Shown piece after piece: positions 58,305 to 64,000 of a stretch of 64,000 bases of DNA. The stretch lies in the NCBI RefSeq assembly GCF_009914755.1, contig NC_060937.1, one strand, 5' to 3'. Both the position numbers and the translations under genes were made by a program. Below the pieces are notes generated by a model. That model saw nothing but the letters and a program-made list of their open reading frames with translations. It did no database searches and was not told the DNA's origin. Numbering within the stretch: position 1 is the stretch's first letter; each line of letters begins with the position of its first letter. The DNA comes from the human T2T-CHM13v2.0 reference genome, Homo sapiens.

Positions 58305-59198
58305 TTTTTAAACTTTTATTTTAGATACAGGGAGTACATGTGCAGGTTTGTTACATGGGTATATCGTGTGATGCTGAGGCTTGGAGTACAAATGATCCTG
58401 TCACCCAGGTACTGAGCATAGTACCCAATAGTTTTTCAAGCATCCTTCTTTCCTCCCTCTAGTCGTTTCCAGTGTCTATTGTTATCTTTATGTCCATGAG
58501 TACCGGATGTTTAGCTCTCACTTGTAAGTGAGAACATGCAGTATTTGGTTTTCTGTTTCTGCATTAATTCACTTAGTATAATGCCTCCAGCTGTATCCAT
58601 GTTGCTGCAAAGGACATAACTGGCTGCATGGTGTATAAGTATCACACTTTATCTAATCCACCGTCAGTGGGCACCTAGGTTGACTCCAAGTCTTTTCTAT
58701 TGCTAATAGTGCTGCAATGAACATAGGCATACAACATGTGTCTTTTTGGTAGAATGATCTATTTTCCTTTGGATATATATGCAGCAATGGGATTGCTGGT
58801 TTGAATGGTCCTCTGTATTAACTTCTTTGGGAAATCTCCAAAATACTTTCAACAGTGGCTGAATTAATTCACATTCTCACCAACAATGTGCAAGCATTCC
58901 CTTTTCTTCGCAGTCTTGCCAGAATCTGTAGGTTTTTTTTTTTTTTTTTTTTTGAGTTATTTATGATAGGTATTCTGACTGATGTGAGATGGTTTCTCAT
59001 TGTGGTTTTGATTTGCATTTCTCTGATGATTAGTGATGCTGAACATGTTTTAATATGTTTTTTGGCCACCTCTATGTCTTCTTTTGAGAAGTGTCTGTTC
59101 TTGTCTCTTGCCCACTTTTTAATGGGGTTGTTTTTTGCTTCTTGAATTAAGTTCCTTATAGATTCTGGATATTAGATTTGTGTTGGATGCATAGTTTT
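58305..59198 (-). mobile_element. L1PA15/16-like 3' end
   Basis: 'tacatgtgcaggtttgttacatgggtatatcgtgtgatgctgagg'; ORF 58869..59069(-) '[17 protein letters not shown]'. Confidence 0.9.
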
Positions 59199-59637
59199 AA
59201 TTGTTTAATTCCATACTGGCAATTAATCTCATTTAGAATTTAAAAACAACCCATCAAATTATTTTGTTCATACCAAATATCTATTCAGTTTGTAGATTAA
59301 GTAAATGTTTCCAAAATTTCTAATATATATAGTTTTTTAGGGCCAATGCAATAGAATAACATGAGAACCTGCATTGGCCATTAAAACATGATAAACTCCC
59401 AAGCACCCAAAACAATCTGTGGTTCTGTCTCCTGCATTTCCACCGTTTAACCCTTACTAAATACAGAAAGAGAGGGAATACAACCACAAAATAACTTTGG
59501 GTCATGCTTGGTATAGTAAAAGAATTATGTATTATTAATTTTGTGACAACATTTTGGTGATCTACTTAGACTCCTAGTCTCCTCTTCTGAACCTTAGATG
59601 AAAAGAAGAAGAAGATTATTGACTCCATCAAATTTAT

Positions 59638-59657
59638 TTATTTATTTATTTATTTTT

Positions 59658-59692
<35 letters not shown>

Positions 59693-59977
59693 AGATTGAG
59701 TCTCACTCTGTTGCCCAGGCTGGAGTGCAGTGGCGCCATCTTGGCTCACTGCAAGCTCCACCTGCCAGGTCACGCCATTCTCCTGCCTCAGCCATCTGAG
59801 TAGCTGGGACTACAGGCACCCGCCACCACTCTGGGCTAATTTTTTTTTTTTTTTTTTTCAGTAGAGACGTGGTTTAACCATGTTAGCCAGGATGGTCTCA
59901 GTCTCCTGACCTCGTAATCTGCCTGCCTTGGCCTCCCAAAGTGCTGGGATTACAGGCATGATCCACTGCGCCCAGCC
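59638..59977 (-). mobile_element. AluY with long T/(TTTA)n tail
   Basis: AluY diagnostics; TSD TCCATCAAATTTAT. Confidence 0.96.
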
Positions 59978-60094
59978 AAATCCATCAAATTTATAATCAA
60001 CTTCTTCTGTGATGGAATCACATCGCTGAGGTGTGCCTGGCTAGCCCGGAACTACCTTTCCCTGCTCCTCTTGTGTTCAGGTGATGAGCTATCA

Positions 60095-60122
60095 CCAACC
60101 AACCAACCAACCAACCAACCAA
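60095..60122. repeat. (CCAA)n microsatellite
   Basis: Directly visible. Confidence 0.9.
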
Positions 60123-61619
60123 ACACGACTTTTTTCTATTGCGTTACTTGTTTGTAAAGGAAATTATGAAACAGGTTTGTTGGTGTGTCCTTTCTGTTTC
60201 TGCCAGCTGGATATAGATGAAGATGAGACACTGGGGTGGGGAGTTGGGGGAAGTTTCTAAATATAAGAATCTTGTGATTCTATGTCAGGACTGAATCAAC
60301 ATGTACAGGAAGTTTCCTGCTTACCTAGAATATTCCACTTGGGACTGTCATATGAGAATAACAGAAGATTCTATGATGTTAACTCACAAGGATTTGAGAA
60401 TACAGAACTTTCAGCACCTACCAATATAACTGCAATTAATATGAAAAGTTCAGCACGTGAGTTCATGCAAAATTTACAATAGGACTTCTGAGTTTCTTTT
60501 TTTTTTTCTTTCTTTTCTTCAGAGTCTACAGATTTCACTGAATCAGATGACTGAATTGAACTTGAGATGTGATCCAAAAAAGAAAGCTTCTGTAAAATTC
60601 CTGAAAGCTCTTTGGCAGCGCATTTCACTGTAGTGGGCATCTACACATCTGAGAAAATTTTGATAATGGGAACATGAAAGGGGATGATAGAGAAACAATG
60701 ACACTCAGCAGAAGTAAAAGCTCTTAACACCTCTCATTTCAGCTTTATGAAGTGAAAAGTACAATACATACTCCCAAGATCATTCTGTCCTTTACTGGTA
60801 AACGACACTTGGTGCCAATAAATCTATGGAGAAATTATCAACTTTTGTTCCTACATCATACAAAAATATAGATTTCCCCATAATGTGACAATCGTATTTT
60901 TTCAAAAAAAAATTAATGATGCATTGCATGGTAGCAATTAGACCTAGAAAAGACAACGTGAACTTGGTGAAATACAAGGAACAAGATGACACAAACAAAT
61001 CCTTTTGAATATTTGGTGTATATTCTACCCAATAAACACACATATCCTCCCCTATCTTATTTGTTCAATTCCCTTCTCTCCCTCAGTTGAAGCAATTGAA
61101 AGGAAAATCTTATTCTTAGCCACTATTTAGCATTCTCAGTAATTATTCACATTAGTTTCTGCTTAGTATCTGAAGCTTACATTCCCCAGATGATTATTTC
61201 TTGCTGCTTATGATAAGATATAAACTGGGTTCACATGAACAAGAATTATTATTTAATAAATACTTAATCTGTTTAAATAAACCTATATTTTTATCAGTAA
61301 CATCTCTCAAAAATATTGTTTGGAAAGAGATCACCACTCTGGGGTGAAGAGAAGGGTGGAGATTTAAATATTAAATCTCCTATGACATAATTCTAATATA
61401 TTTTGATAGAGGCATGCCCTACTGTTGTGAGTGTTACTTTATGAATAAACTGGGACCCAAAGAGATTTGGTAATCAAATAGTCAATAAATGTAATATTCC
61501 ATGTATATGTGAAATTGTATAATTGAGCTTCAAACCTATTAAAAACTAAAGTGTTCATTTATATTCATAATTAGGGCATGAAATATGGAACATAAGAGAA
61601 TTTGTTCTTTGGTGGTGTG

Positions 61620-61963
61620 TGTCTTCATCCATTCAGACTGCTATATAACAAAATACCATAAACTGGGCAGCTTACAAATAACAGAAATTTGTTTCTTACA
61701 ATTCTGGATACTGCGAGGTCCATGCTCAAGGTGCCGGCAGACTGTGTCTGGCAAGGGCTCACTTTCTGGTTCATAGATGCTGTCTTCTAATTGGGTTTTC
61801 ACATGGTGGAATAGGGTCAAGGCAGCTCTCTGGGGCCCCATTTATAAGGGCACTAATCCCATGTCAGAATGATTTCCTAACAACCCCACCTCCTAATGCC
61901 ATCTCATTTGTGACTAAATTTATACATGTGAATTTTGGGGGGACACAGCATTCAGACCACAGC
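61620..61963 (-). mobile_element. MLT1A-like MaLR solo LTR, intact
   Basis: 'tgtcttcatccattcagactgctatataacaaaataccataaactggg...gggggacacagcattcagaccacagca'. Confidence 0.85.
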
Positions 61964-64000
61964 ACTGTGCTAATTTACTCTGTAAATGAGGAGCAAGATA
62001 GGAACAAGAGATGTTTCAAAGCAGCTCTCCACAATCAACAGCCATGCATTCTCTCTTCACATATCTGACTTTTAACCTCTCAGAGACATGTTTTCTCATA
62101 GAAGAATAAAGTTTTCTATGGTAGCTGAAACTTTTCTCTGCGTGTCTCAGCTCAGGTTATGTTGCCTAATTTAAATCACGAGAAATATGACCTCAGCTCA
62201 TGCCTTCTATAGAACAAGTTAGCACACCAAGAACACATTCCCTTCTGCTGTATCTCTTATGCCCTGACTATGAATATAAATGAGCACAGCTTGTGTTTAA
62301 ATGCATTTTACATCCTATTATAAATATCACACACATTTGAAATGTAGCATTCATGGACTATTTGATCATCAAACACTCTGGATTTCAGTCTATTTATAAA
62401 TTACACCCATTACTGTGGAACATGTCATTAGTAAAACATATTAGAATGATAAGATGAGAGATGCATTCTTTACTATTGCATGCCTCCTCTGCCCTCCCTG
62501 TGGTGGTAGTCTCTTTCCACATAATCATTTTCTTTAACAGATGTTACTGTTAGTAGTTTGCAGATGTAAATTATGTTGAAACATTAACATCTTTGGAATC
62601 TTGGACTAATGTCCCTGACTCTGTGAAATAATCTATGTTAATAATAAACTCCTTCATAAGTCTAGTACCACCACAGAATTCTTCCCATACATTTCCTTCT
62701 CTTGACTACCCTGACCACCATGCCTAGCCTGGTTCTCTCCCACCATGCATCATGTCAGATTCTAAGAAAATTTTCTCAGACTTCAAGAATCACTGAGTTT
62801 CCTCTATCACGTTTTCCTCATAGGATCTTTATCCTTTTCTTTACATTATTTATTTTATCCAGTGTTTTTGTTTGCTTATGTATTTTCAAATTAATTGAAA
62901 AACCTAAAAGAACACAAGCAAACGATTAAGTATGTTTTGGGTTCTGTTGTACTTGTTTGTAGAGTTCAGTGTTTTTCTGGGAGCTCAACATATGAGTACA
63001 TTTTACCTAATTTAGAACACAATCTTATCCTTGATTCAGAGATAAGATTATATAAACAAATAGGACAAAAGGAGCTGCTATTAAAAAGTTCAAGATTTGA
63101 TGTCCCTCTAAGGGGACACAGCAATAAAGACAATTTACAGCATGTACTTTTCACCAAAACATTTTTTAGTTGACATTTTTCTGCAAAACTACACATTTAT
63201 TTGTACTCTTTTGGACAACCTTGAGTTGAAAATTTCAAAGTAAAAAGAGCCAACTTGTAGCTACTAAAAAGTGGAGGAGGACTTCGCTACCAATTTAGCT
63301 TTGGTGATGGCCATAAGTTAGCTTGAGAGATGGAAGAATAAGGTGATTCAGCAGAGGGCTTTTTCTGCAACTACCCCTTCTTAGATAGCCTTTCTACTCT
63401 ACTTCAGTAGCATGCCCAATTGCCCTCCACCAAACATAAGGCCCAACAAAAATCATCCCAATTCACAATGCCTCAAAACACATATTTTAATATAGGATAT
63501 GCTGTTTCTATACTGTGTCTCAGAATGTACTCTTGCATTATATTTGCTACTGATAAAAGATCCTGTCCCCCACCCTCAATGTATACAAAGACAAAACACT
63601 TGAATACTATCCAGTTATTATGGCTGTTCTGTTGATGAATTTCAGCTTCACTCCTGTGGCTATAAACTTTCAGTGCCTCATAGTTTTAACAGAGAAACAA
63701 TGGCCTGAGTCAAACTATTATTTTTTTTCAGAAATAACATATAAGGCATATTAAATATTTATCTTGTCACCATAAAATAACAACCAAGAATTTAAAACAA
63801 TACAAATTACTTTTTTAGACAGAAGACTGCAAACACAATATGTCTCAAAATATTTTACAACACTATTAGTAACTGATCAGGAGTCTTTATATCTTATCAT
63901 CTAATGGCCTTTAATAACAATCACATAATTGATCAAGCATTGAAGATTCAATTACTTTTCAGACAGATATGCATGTGACAACCATACGTTTATTTGATTT

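Overview
AT-rich, CpG-depleted primate genomic DNA (human-like; great ape cannot be excluded), either intergenic or deep intronic. I find no credible protein-coding exon, RNA gene or CRISPR array: the recognisable ORFs are translations of Alu, L1 or ERV sequence, and the rest look like low-complexity or chance ORFs. Much of the window is transposable-element sequence: about 15 Alu dimers plus one monomer, several L1s, MaLR, ERV1, ERVK and ERVL LTRs, hAT and TcMar DNA transposons, MIR and L2. The most notable structures are: (1) a two-LTR HERV-L/MLT2A2 provirus lacking pol, whose 3' LTR carries an ~20-unit hairpin-forming minisatellite; (2) a twin-primed, 5'-inverted L1PA inserted into a MER5C-like element; (3) a 70-bp templated copy that truncates a MER50 LTR at a microhomology; (4) a tail-to-tail Alu pair, with an apparent Alu-mediated deletion, inside an MLT1A LTR. 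I cannot support a claim of a previously undescribed biological system. Repeat subfamily names come from recalled consensus sequences and need RepeatMasker/Dfam confirmation.
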